DNA from: Sporopachydermia quercuum
Lineage: Eukaryota
Assembly (NCBI GenBank): GCA_001599295.1
Contig: BCGN01000011.1
Location: 248,001-312,000 of the forward strand
Reading direction: 5' to 3'
DNA: 64,000 bases
The notes below the pieces were generated by a model. That model searched no databases and was not told where the DNA came from. It saw only the letters and a list, made by a program, of their open reading frames with translations. Shown piece by piece: positions 34,963 to 47,082 of this stretch. Numbering within the stretch: the first letter of the stretch is position 1; each line of letters starts with the position of its first letter. Made by a program: the position numbers and the translations under genes.

Positions 34963-37050
34963 AGAAAAGTGCGATTCTCAATAGAGTAGTAGGTTTAGGG
35001 GGTGGAAATGTTGATTTCATATAATCCAACGTTCAAGGGTCTTTTGTAGGTATTATAGTATGATGGGACAATGATACAAGAGAGCACTCAATTGACAACT
35101 AGAAAAAAAAAGAGATCATATCATACATTTATTAATATTATGTAGAAACAAGAACAAATTAAAATTGATATGTAGTTACATTTATTAGTATCTTGAAAAG
35201 CGATCGATAAAGTAGTAATATTGATTTAACCAAATTTCATTAAGGAAGGACCCTGCAATTGACCCTGAAAGAATGTTTTAGAGTGAGGCTGGAACTGTAA
35301 TTAATGGGGAGGTCAATAACAAGAAAGACCCTTTTGAAATGAATGAAGTACATCATTCGATATGAAAGAGAAGGAATAAAAGAATAACTAACCATGTATG
35401 TAGTTCAAAATATTAGATGATTAGCAGCGTGTTATTGATACCAGCAGAACAACAAGCGGTTAGCCAAACTAGAATTTATCTACTACCTATTTGCTTTTCT
35501 TCTCTTTAGCTAGTTGTCAGATCATTTTATCAGCTCATGAAAGTCAAGTGGATCATATTTTTTCATTACTCACTCCTTGGGTGAAGTGAAATGAAATCAG
35601 AACGTTATGTCATTCCAATCAATGCCTAGAAATAATTCATTGACTCTTATTATTATTAGAATTATTATTGAAATTTTTTTGTTCCGTCCTTTCATCTTTA
35701 TTATTTTTTTCGCTGTATTCATATCAATAATTGTTAGTCCAATCTCAAGAAACTTATCCTCGGTAAATAGAGTAGCCTGCACTACCTGTCCTTTGGTGTA
35801 TTGTTTGTCAATCAGTTCATAATTGATCCAGCGAATATTCGTTCTCGACATCCTCAACATCCTCATCATCTATAAACTTCAGAAAATCTACAACCTTTTG
35901 GGAATCTTTAAGATGATCTTCCAAGCCATCGAAGAGTAAACAATCAGTTAATTCAATACTTAATTCGTTCTATGTTCTAAACGATCGACACAGCGAACCA
36001 AACCAAACATGATTAATTTGGCTATTAGGTAAATAAGCTTTGCTAGCGAGATAGAAAGTATTCTGTACGTAAGGGAGTTTCTCATCATTATACTTTTTGT
36101 TATCTCAGATGACCTGATATGGAAATGTATTCTCGTAGTCCAGCTTGTTAGGAGAGCTTGATGATTTCAAATAGAAGGGAAGAGGTAAAACTGGGGGAAT
36201 AGTTGTAACACCAAGAAAGATTATTGTAAAGATATGAATTTTCCAAATTCATACCTTCAACTATTTTGATTGACAGCTTGTTGTTGTAATGCTGATGGAT
36301 CGTTAAACTTCATTTTACCCCGAAGATACAAAGTAAGACTAGTCATAAAACAAACTTCTAAAAGGGTCGCTCAGGGTCTGAAATGAAACCCTGCATACAT
36401 GGAACGTTCAACAGAAACATTACGTTATCTTTCAAGATCAGCATTCTACAAATAATTCCATCGAAATTTCAATGAGAATCAAAATAGACATTTAAACTTC
36501 TTCAATTGATTGTAGTATTCTAACTCAAATTCATTCTACATTGTACTTCATTTTGTTCCCAGAGGACGAACAAATATACCTGCTTGTCCCAAATATACCC
36601 GTTTTTCTATTAGCTATTCACTTTTTACTTTCCCAAAATATCTATCAGTACAACTATAATTTATCCAAAAGCAATATTCTTTCTCATTATTAAGGTTAAA
36701 GTTGTCGATAAAGCTGTACTTAATTAAACATCTTAAACTCTATTTTGTAATCTATCTGCTATGGTTTCCGTTCATCTACCAAATTCGCTGTATTTCCACC
36801 GTCCTTTCCTACGAATTATCTATTTTTTCCATTGGTTATCATATCATATATATATAGAACACAAGGTACCTTCTTCTCTTTTTGTTTACTCAATCTTCAA
36901 ACTTCCGTTGATCATTTCTAGTTCATAAAACCTTTCTCTTTCTCTTTCCATCTCTTGTATATTATCACTGACTCGAGTTTTATCCAATTATCAACAACTA
37001 ATCAACTAGTTGGTGGTATTCAAATTTGAGTAATTAATCCTACATCAAAA

Positions 37051-38469
37051 ATGGGTGTCAATATGATTGCAGTTCTCCGCAAGAGAGAAGATGTCTATGA
37101 AGAGCAACCTTATGATAGTGGTACTACAGCTTACATTTTACTATGTACTTGTTTAGTATTGTGTATGATTCCTGGACTGGGGTTCTTATACTCTGGTCTA
37201 GCTAGAAGAAAGTCAGCCCTTTCAATGATTTGGGCTTGTATAATGGGTGCCATTGTTTCAATTTTCCAATGGTATTTCTGGGGTTTTTCCTTAGCTTTCT
37301 CAGAAACGGCTACTAATGGATTTATTGGTAACTTAGATTCATTTGGTTTGAAAGATTTAGGCAGGGATGAGGAAGGCACTGAAATACCTACTTTATTATT
37401 TGCTGCTTTCCAAGGAATGTTTTTATGCGTAACTATTGCCATTATTATGGGTGCTGTTGCTGAAAGAGGTAGATTATTCCCAGCAATGATTTTCTGCTTC
37501 ATTTGGGGTACCATTGTTTATTGCCCATTAGCTTGCTGGGTCTGGAATTCCAATGGCTGGGCCTTCAAGTGGGATGTGTTAGATTATGCTGGAGGTGGAC
37601 CAGTTGAAATTGGTTCTGGTTTTGGTGCTTTAGCTTATTCATTCGTTTTAGGTAGAAGAAAGGAACAATACTTATTGAACTTCAGACCTCATAACGTTTC
37701 AATGGTTACGTTAGGTACTGCTTTACTATGGTTTGGATGGTTAGGATTCAATGGTGGTACTGGATTGGCCCCAAATTTAAAGGCTGTTTATGCAGTCTGG
37801 AACTCAAATTTAACAGCTGTTTTTGGTGCCATGACTTGGTGTTTACTTGATTACAGATTAGAAAGAAAATGGTCAACTGTTGCTGTTTGTTCTGGTATTA
37901 TTTCTGGTTTGGTTGCTGCTACCCCTGCTTCAGGATGCATTCCTTTATGGGCTTCCATTGTTCTCGGTATTGTTGCTTCAGTAGTATGTAATTTTTCCAC
38001 CAAGATTAAGTATTTGATCAAAATTGATGACTCTATGGATATCTTAGCCGAGCACGGTATCGCAGGTATTGTTGGTTTGCTATTTAATGCTATCTTCGGT
38101 GCAGATTATATTATTGGTTCCGATGGCGCATCTGCCCACGAGGGTGGCTGGATCAATCACAACTGGAAACAATTATATAAGCAAATTGCTTTCATTGCAG
38201 CTGGTGTTGCATATACATTTGTTGTATCTGTCATTATTTGTTATGCTATTGATAGAATCCCTGGATGTAAATTAAGGGCAAGTGAAGAGGCTGAAATTAG
38301 AGGAATGGACGAAGATCAAATTGGTGAATTTGCATATGATTACGTTGAGGTCAGAAGGGATTTTTTCTCTGATATGTCTGGCCTTAGTGCAGCAGCAGCA
38401 ACTACTGCACCATCAACTAATTCTGGTGATGCTGCTCCTGATAGCAACTCAACTGAAAAAGAGTCATAA
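37051..38469 (+). CDS. Ammonium permease, Mep1/Mep3 type
   Basis: PGLGFLYSGLARRKSAL, DYAGGGPVEI (Glu replacing the first of the twin His, as in Mep1/3), LWFGWLGFNGG, DILAEHG, GMDEDQIGEFAY. Confidence 0.95.
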   Translation: MGVNMIAVLRKREDVYEEQPYDSGTTAYILLCTCLVLCMIPGLGFLYSGLARRKSALSMIWACIMGAIVSIFQWYFWGFSLAFSETATNGFIGNLDSFGLKDLGRDEEGTEIPTLLFAAFQGMFLCVTIAIIMGAVAERGRLFPAMIFCFIWGTIVYCPLACWVWNSNGWAFKWDVLDYAGGGPVEIGSGFGALAYSFVLGRRKEQYLLNFRPHNVSMVTLGTALLWFGWLGFNGGTGLAPNLKAVYAVWNSNLTAVFGAMTWCLLDYRLERKWSTVAVCSGIISGLVAATPASGCIPLWASIVLGIVASVVCNFSTKIKYLIKIDDSMDILAEHGIAGIVGLLFNAIFGADYIIGSDGASAHEGGWINHNWKQLYKQIAFIAAGVAYTFVVSVIICYAIDRIPGCKLRASEEAEIRGMDEDQIGEFAYDYVEVRRDFFSDMSGLSAAAATTAPSTNSGDAAPDSNSTEKES

Positions 38470-39210
38470 TTTAATTTAAGTACAGGAGTAATGGTATGAA
38501 GTTTTGTTTATTTGTTTAATTTAATATCTGTTTTTCTAATTATTTGTTTATATGTTAAATATCAATTATCGTAGGAATAAATGTAAGATTGATAAGAGTG
38601 TTGCATTGTTTTCATTATAACTTCCGTAGGTAGGAATAGAATTTATGCAGAGATGAGATGAATTAATGTAAGTGAGATTTTTTCTTGTTGGTAATTTTTA
38701 GGTGGAAATGCCCGCAGAAGTTATTGCAATAATGAAACAGATGCATATGGCGAGAAAGAGAGATGAAATATAACATACATTATCACGAATCTATTATTAT
38801 ATTATTATATCACTAAAATTATTCATTAATATTATTCTTATTGTCATCAGACATAACTATACAATAGAATAATCTGAAAATATCAATGCAGCTATAAAAC
38901 AATCACTAGTATATTAGAAACTCCGTATTATTGCATGGTACAATATTGCAAACGTTCTACCAACAAAATATTCCAGTAATAATTTCATACACTTCACTCA
39001 AAACTCAACCTTTCATTAAATTCTCAGTCGATTCTTTCACGNTTAAGCGTTTATACGTCCACTTTGAATCAATTGCTACAAGGTCATCTTATTTCATTGA
39101 ACAGTTGAAAATCATCAGCATAGTTTATTATTATATATACTTATCTATATTGTGCTCCGTAGTATTGCCAATTCAATACAATTTAATCCCAACAAACTCC
39201 AAACCACTTC

Positions 39211-42160
39211 TTATCTGTCACTAGCCATCATCCATTCTTTCCTATTACTTCTCCATTTATTCATTATAGCCTCCAATTGATTAGTTGCATCGCGACTTGA
39301 TTCAATACCCAAAAACCCCCATACTTTGTCAACTAATGACTTCAGGCCCGAATTCCAATGATACAACATATCACTCTTACTATTCCATATTCTATTATTA
39401 ACGTAGTCAGTTAATGATAAACATTGCATACTGATTATATGTCCATTATCTTTATCCGCAATAGTCATAGGGGAATCAATAGGATTACTAATAACAGTAT
39501 TATTGATACTAGTATTACTATAATGATTATCGCTTGACTCTCTTTGTTCTTGTTCAACTCTTTCTTTTTGACTTAACTTGTTATTATTCTTCAGCGGTTC
39601 AGCGAATATCATAGCAAAGAACCATTCAATTAATTGCTGTTTCTGCCTCAGGTTTGATGGAATAGAAGCTGATGCGCTAATAGAATGATTTTGATTTGAG
39701 CCTGGAATTGAGCTTGTATTTGAAGAAGAATTTGAAGCTGAGCTATTTTTGGTGTTGAGAGTACTTGTTGATGAAGAAATAGAATCAATAATGTCCGATC
39801 GTCTGAACTCTTCCGTTTGATGGTTATTATAATCTTCTGGTCTTCCTAGAGGTTGGAAAAGTTCACCAGGAGAGACCAACACCTGAGAAGACTGTGAATT
39901 GGTATCAGACATAGCACTATTAGTGTTACTGGTATTGGCGGTATCACCACTAACAGTGCCACTTTTGCTATTAGTATTACTATTAGCAGAAGAAACAATC
40001 TTCATGTCCCAGTAGTTATTCATAACATATTTACACAAGGGTGATTTTGAGAACTTATTCAATCGTGCAGTATCCAAGTAATTGGTGCTTAGCGTTGGGA
40101 AAATTGACTTCGCTGGTGCAATCTGGAATATTGAATGTTCGTTAATACCTCCAGAATTCACTCTATTCGAAAAAGATCCTTCACCGTGTCCTGTTGTAGA
40201 CCCTACATTAGAATTATTAGCTCCTGCCGTAGGATTTCGATTACCACCAGCTAAATTGCCTCCGGGCGTTGCAATACGAGCACTATTACCTGAACTCATT
40301 CCTATTATTGAACCAGTCGTTGATGGATAATCTGACAATCCAATACTTCGTTTGACATTCATGCTAACGTTATTATTAGTACCAGTACCAGCACTGTTAC
40401 TATTACCACTATTACTCACCAATCTCTGCTTCACAAAACTGTTAATCACTTCTTGATCTCTTTGTCGTTTACTGTCAATAATCACATCATCAATAATAAC
40501 TAATCTATCAACAAAATCAATTTTTGCATTAAATATTTTCCCCGACGTCAGAACATTAATCAACAATAATTCGAACTCTTTCTTTTCTTCTTCCATTCCA
40601 AGGCTTTCACATAAATATTGTAACGATGCCCGTTTATATGGCTTCACTATATTCATTAGTGCTTTTGTTCTTATTATGTTACTGAGATCATTGATAAACT
40701 GCTTAATAAATAGATCATCTTCAATTTCTTCTTTGTATTTGGATAACAATTCGTTGTATCCTAATACATCTGAATCTTGAAACACTTGAACCAATTGGAT
40801 AAAGAATATCAATTGTTCATTTGTTTTATAGTAACGAGTTTCCTGTGATTCAAATGGACCAATTTCTGATTCTGCTAGTAAAGATGCCAAAATCAAATAT
40901 TTAATTAGATTGATTCTTTTGATTGAACCTGCTTCATCGTAATTTCTGAAGCTTTCGAAGAAATCTTGTCTTGCTTTTTCCCATTTTCTTTCTCTCATAT
41001 TCATTTTGCCTGAACATTCTTTCAACGATCCGATGATTTTTGGGTGAAGAATTGCAGTATTGATTTTCAGTGTTTTATTGCACAATTTTTTCAAATGTTG
41101 ATAATTTTTAGTTTCCGTATATAATTGGATTTGATTTGCATAAACCTCCATTAGAATACTACCAATATTGTCGCCTGGTGCTAAACTGATTCTTGATAAT
41201 GATGATGTAGGATTTGCAGTGCTAGCAATAGTTGTCGTATTAGTAGAATTGTTGTTATTACTAGTAGAGTATTCACAACAAATTGATTCCAAATCATTCA
41301 ATAAAGCTTCAGCTTGACTATAAGCTCCAGTCTGAATTAAAAGATTTGCTTTCTTTAAGTAAATTTTCAGTAATAAACGATCACGTTTATTATCAGAAGA
41401 CTGGGATAATTTTGATATGAATAAATCACACAGCAAGCTCAAGTATAAAGAATCATCAGTTTTGGTTATCGAATCAAAAAGTTTAGACAGAGAAGAATCA
41501 AAGTAATTTTTGTTTATATTTTGTTGATAAGTGAATAATTGATGTAGATACTTGATGACATCTTCAGTATTATTTGTTGTGAACGAGACTTTGATGGCTT
41601 GCTTCAATGCTTTGAAACCCCTAAAACAGTTTACGTTAATTTACGCAATTAATAGAAGTATTGACGGCTGTTGCCAAACATAGAGGACATTTTCCTGACA
41701 CTTACCATTCCCCTTTATCTTTCTCTGAATTGATAACTAAAAGATATTGCTGTAAAGCAGCTGATGGGTCGTCCTCTTTTAATGCTGAATATATGTTAGT
41801 TCTCATATTTCCAACATGTCATGTGGATTGCGCCTATCAACAAAATTGTACTATCAATTAACAGGTAATAGAATTTGATATACAATATCATAAAATAACA
41901 TACATTTTCCATTGTAATACTTATTCTCTAGATCAACTTCACTTCCTTCTTCAAATTCTTTACTATTAGGATTCTCTTCGTTCATATCAGCATCATCGAT
42001 CTCATCGCCATCTTCCTCATCATAGTCGAAGTCATACTAGAGGGATTACATATTAGTATCAGTATCAGATAGATTAAACAGCTGTATTCCTAAATGAACC
42101 GCAAAACAAACATACAGTTTCATCATCATCGGAGATGAAGAAATCATCATCATCAGACAT
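39211..42160 (-). CDS. CSN2: COP9 signalosome subunit 2, ~888 aa, 4 exons
   Basis: Exons 42160-42116, 42036-41904, 41784-41706 and 41620-39211 give MSDDDDFFISDDDET-YDFDY...VDLENKYYNGK-SLKEDDP...KGEW-GFKALKQ. Core motifs ECSGKM, DFFESFRNYDEAGS, PFESQE and a PCI domain. Confidence 0.92.
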
Positions 42161-43280
42161 TCTTATCACCTAGTTTAATCGAATAAATCGTTTGATGTTC
42201 TATACTTGATTGATCAATTGATTATTGAAAAAGGGTAGTGAGTAGAAAGTCAGAAACCAAATACTAAGTTTTTAAGCATAAGCTAATTATAGAACTCAAT
42301 ACTAATATTGTTATTTATCTAAAACTCTTTGCTCTTTTCAAACACTGTTTTATGTTAATGCAATAAAATGAGCGTTCAGCCTCTTTATTAATTCTCTCCA
42401 TTCATTCATTGTGCACTAATGAAACGAAGAAGCACGAAAACTTGAAGGGTCGAAAGAAAGTTCACTTATCATGCAGAGTTCATGCAAGTAAAGAAAGTTT
42501 AGCTAATCTTGATTTCTTGTTTATGTTACTTGTGTTGTGTGAGATAGCAATCTTCTAACGGTTTACTAATTGACAGATGAATAACGAATGAGTAATGAAG
42601 GGTTACTCGATTATGTCAGAGTGTGTTTATATAAGGACGGGGTATGACGCGGGATATGGTTCAGTGATAGATAAAAACCCAATAAAAGACTTGAGATGTA
42701 AAATTGATAATAATGATGAATTCTGGTTTATCGATGTAGTTGACAACTACGATTGGTTCTATGATTTCTTTCTTCCTTTGATTCTATTCAATTCATAGAC
42801 TTTTTTTTGAACCTCTATCCCTCTAAAGAGTTTCCAGTTTTGACGACTAATTGTACTTAATATTACTTTAGTATTTCCTACAAAATTGAACCATCAAGTT
42901 CTCTGAACCAGCACAAACTGGCCATCAGAGACATTAAAGCGGGATAAAAGGAATATAATGTTGACAACCAATGGCCTGGAGGGAGCAACAAAGAAGCCAA
43001 AGGAATCAAAAAACTGACGGAGGAATATATACCTCGAATATGTCGATTGAATGGAACATACAATGCAGTCCCAGCCGAATGTATGGAGTAGCTGCTGCTG
43101 AGTACATCAAAACTAACATATTGCCAGTATGGATTATCATCAATGAGTTGAGCAAATATCAAAATATCCTTGAATACAGTATAATAGACCCGTTCGATAA
43201 GTACGTAGATAGAAAAGAAAGGAATGAAAGCGAATTCCTTGTATTTTCTTTTTTATTATTGCTATAATATCATAAATCAT

Positions 43281-44117
43281 TCAACCCGACAGATCAATAC
43301 TTTCTAATAACTCATCTAATTCATCCATATTATACTCATCATCATCATCATCATCATTATCAACAATGCGATCATAATTATTTTCACCATTATTCTCATT
43401 TTCATCAAATTGTTTCATCAAATATTCCAATTCTTCTTGCTCTTGTAGAATTAACTGATCCAGCAGTTTTGCTTCTTCAAGCGTTCGCCAATAATTATCC
43501 TCATCATCATCATCATTCAACAAATCTTCAATATTGATTCGATGCAATTCAGCTTGTCTATTCAACTCTTTTATTTCATTCTGCCAATTCATTTTCANCA
43601 AATCATCAACCATTTTATCAAAACCTCCACGATGCCGCAAGGCTGCTTCTTGTCTTTTTAGTTTTAGATCAGCAACAAATCTTCTAGTTGTTCGATTTCT
43701 TGCTTTAGTTAAGCTTATTGGTGATGAACTAATAGAAAAATTGCTATCCTTGATATCATTGATATTGCTATTACTGTCTACACAGCAGCCAGTATTACCA
43801 CTACCAGCACGATTAATATTTATTTCGTCAGAATAATCACGACAATGATTATTAAAGATGATATTATTACTACTGCGCACTGGTGAACTGGTTATCATCC
43901 CTTTTTTGGTATGTCTAGGTAGACTATGAACTGATGGGGTTGAATCAGTGAACCTTCTTGGTCTTCTTGATAGCTCATTTCTTGATTTTATTCTCTTTGA
44001 TGCACTATCGAGAATTGAATTCGATGTGTCATTATTTATATTGACATCTTCATTTTCGCTAGGTGAACTTGATATGGAGAAAGGATTCATTCTGTCTTCC
44101 ATTAATTGGCAATCCAT
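43281..44117 (-). CDS. RTT105: RPA chaperone Rtt105-like
   Basis: SSSPIS...R...KRQEAALRHRGGFDKM...EIKELNRQAE...QEELEYLM parallels recalled Rtt105 (SSSPIA...RGGLEKM...ELEHFL). First ATG is at 44117. Confidence 0.65.
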   Translation of the reverse strand: MDCQLMEDRMNPFSISSSPSENEDVNINNDTSNSILDSASKRIKSRNELSRRPRRFTDSTPSVHSLPRHTKKGMITSSPVRSSNNIIFNNHCRDYSDEININRAGSGNTGCCVDSNSNINDIKDSNFSISSSPISLTKARNRTTRRFVADLKLKRQEAALRHRGGFDKMVDDLXKMNWQNEIKELNRQAELHRINIEDLLNDDDDEDNYWRTLEEAKLLDQLILQEQEELEYLMKQFDENENNGENNYDRIVDNDDDDDDEYNMDELDELLESIDLSG

Positions 44118-45282
44118 CCGAGTTATATCATAATGTGTACAAGTAAGCAGATGGATCAATCATCAGATTGAAAATGATTGGTATGGTTTGGTATAGTTTG
44201 GTATAGTTTGACGGTATGCAATTAGCATGTATGATTTGATCTTTATGTGGTCTTGCTAGTCTTCTTCACAATCGCAACTTTGTTCCTTTCCGTCAATTTA
44301 TTATGAGTTATTTGTTTCTTCCGATTAAACAATAACCTACAAACACACGAAGTGTTTGTTTGATGCTTGAATGAAAGCCATTGAGCGTTTCCATATGTTT
44401 TCCGTAATTGGGAGAAAAATAAAAATTCATGTAAGAAGGAAATAGTGAACATTTCCTGAATTACAGTAATCACGGAAATGATGAGGAAGATTGAATGACA
44501 GTGAAGATGAGGAGCAAATATTGATAAAAGTAGAGAAGCTAGAAAAATCCAGAAAAGTAAACAATGGAGCTTTAGAAGCCATTAAGAATATCAATTTCTA
44601 ATAACATGATATGCAAGATCTATTATATATATAAGTCATTCGCGCATATTCTATACTGTACAATCATCATAGTTTTGTTCATAATACGATTATGACATTT
44701 TGTTTTCGGATACTTAACTTTTATCGGACAAACTCTATCTTGTAAATTCTAGTATCGGCATAATCTCCTTAAGCTATATACTTCCGCTATATAACTGTAA
44801 GTAATATGAATAAAGATAAAGATAAAATGATTGTCTGACCCTATATTTAAATTGTTGATTATATTCTTTACGGATTGTTAATGAGGGTTTCGGAGCTTTC
44901 TTCTAGTAAAACAATTCTCCTGGCTTTGTTAGGTGATGTCAGGTTTTATACCGGAACAGTCTTGCATGTCCGACAAGTCTGTCAAATAATTTAGCTGTTA
45001 TATTTTCCGATATATAAATTGACATAAATCTCATAGTTTCCGAATTGTTCTTCTCAGTAAAGGTTTTTTTTTCGTAACATTTTATTTCTATGTGTTCCTT
45101 ATACTTATAAACAACTGCTTCCTCCTAATAGAATCATAAGATCATAAGATTTAGCCGTTAAACAATTGCAACCATTACAAGGATACCCACTACAAGCTCA
45201 TTTATTGCATACTGAAACAGTTTTCACCAGAAGCACTTAACCTGGTCACATTCTATACCATTCACGTATTCACCTACCCATC

Positions 45283-46161
45283 ATGCCTATCCTTCTACCA
45301 GGTGACTCTATAACGAGCAGCGGCTTTTCGGAATCAGACCATCAAATACTCACAGGACCAGGGATTGTAGCAAACAATAAAACAAAGGAATTAAATCCTG
45401 TGTCTGCGGGATTTTTTATCGAGAAAAGAAAATCTGACAAATCATTTCTATACATCAATTCTCCTATCCCAAGATACATTCCCAGTTTGAATGATCTAGT
45501 AATAGGGACAGTTGTTGGAACAGGAGCAGAAATATTCAGAATCAAATTAAGTGCATTTAGCCCAAGTTGCATTTTATCAGCATATAGTTTACCAAATGCT
45601 ACCAGAAAGAATAAGTTGAATTTCAAAAAAGGCGCATTAGTATTTGCTAGAGTTTCTTTCTGTGATCCTGACTTGGAAGTTGAATTAGAATGCATTGATG
45701 CAACAACAGGAAAGAATGATGGGTTTGGCCAATTAAATGATGGCTATGCATTTGATGTTGATATTCCCTACTCGAGGTATCTTTTCAATGCTATCCGATC
45801 TACTGGCGAGCAACAGAACATTATAACTGTATTATCTGAACGATGTAAATTTGAAATAGCAATTGGAGTTAATGGCAAAGTGTGGATCAAGATAGATGAT
45901 AGCAACGGAGAAGAAATAGCAGGTGTTGAGGGACATCCAGTGATAGGATCAAATCAGAAAGCAAATAAAGCAAATGTTCAATCTAACGTTAATGAGGAAG
46001 AGGAAACTGAGGAAGATATAGAATTAAGGCGGAATACTGAGAGAGTTACTTTGGCTGTTGCTCAATGTATTAAGGAGTCATTTAATTGGAATAAAGCTGA
46101 TCTAACGAGTAATGTGGGAAAAGTATTCAGCAAGTTTCAAATTTCAAATCAAATTAGTTGA
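45283..46161 (+). CDS. RRP40: Exosome subunit Rrp40
   Basis: ILLPGD, GPG, RYIPSLNDLVIG, NATRKNK, ELECIDATTGKNDGFG, FEIAIGVNGKVWI. Confidence 0.95.
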   Translation: MPILLPGDSITSSGFSESDHQILTGPGIVANNKTKELNPVSAGFFIEKRKSDKSFLYINSPIPRYIPSLNDLVIGTVVGTGAEIFRIKLSAFSPSCILSAYSLPNATRKNKLNFKKGALVFARVSFCDPDLEVELECIDATTGKNDGFGQLNDGYAFDVDIPYSRYLFNAIRSTGEQQNIITVLSERCKFEIAIGVNGKVWIKIDDSNGEEIAGVEGHPVIGSNQKANKANVQSNVNEEEETEEDIELRRNTERVTLAVAQCIKESFNWNKADLTSNVGKVFSKFQISNQIS

Positions 46162-47082
46162 GATAGGAAATGTGAATGATATGTGGTGTTAAACTATGAT
46201 TTTTTAAGATGCATGATAAGTCTTTGCTGTTTATTAGTGTTATTCGTAATGAACAAATTGGTGATCTGGAATAAAGGATAGGAGAAAAGAGAAGCTCCGT
46301 ATTATTGAGCGAATCATAATAGCTCTGATTTTTAATAACCGTTCACGCAAACATTCGAAACAGAAGGACGTCACATCGGTCCTCTCAGTGATGAAGTGTA
46401 TTGAATCGTCATAGGCAAATGCTAAGAAAAGAAGCTAGGCTATTATCAATAGAGAAAGCATCGACGGATTTGGAAATGTAGAAATTTAAGGCATAATCAC
46501 ATGAATGAAGTAAGTAANGGAATACATAGAGTAATATTATTGGTAGAAAATCAGAAACATTAGTGCATTAGACTCTATCATCCAGGTTTTCAATAGAAGA
46601 GAAGATTCTATTAATTAAGTCAGCTTTTAACTTTGCTTTTAATTGCTTGACAATACCGGTTATACCGGTTATTTATAGTCATGAAAATGTGAATTTATTA
46701 TTATTCTGTTTGATTGTTGATCGCTATTGGTAATGAATATGATACGTTATCGCTATTTTCGACGTATGGCAACTCACGCTTCATAAACCGAACAGACCAG
46801 AAAAGATAAACCAGTTGGTTTATCTTTTATATTACTTGGCATTATCAATGATACCCAGTGTCATCGATGATACTAGAACATAATCTCATAATCTCAAAAC
46901 CAAGAAAATTATAAGATAAACTTCAGCCAAGTGATTTCCACCATCAATAGTTATAGTAACATCGATTATAGAAATACATATAGTTAGCTATACCAACGCT
47001 GATACTATTATCAATTATAATAAGTGCTAATGCTTTAACAGCATAGGGATTATACTCAATTTTTTTAGTTCGGTTTTCATCA

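Noticed and set aside
35597..35869. Overlapping short hydrophobic ORFs in the MEP promoter
   Set aside because: Products of TTA/ATT-rich sequence with no recognisable motif.
9190..37182. Alternative CUG code (Ser or Ala)
   Set aside because: CTG occupies conserved Leu sites: BCS1 [12 protein letters not shown]74 L-QRRR and MEP PG-L-GF.
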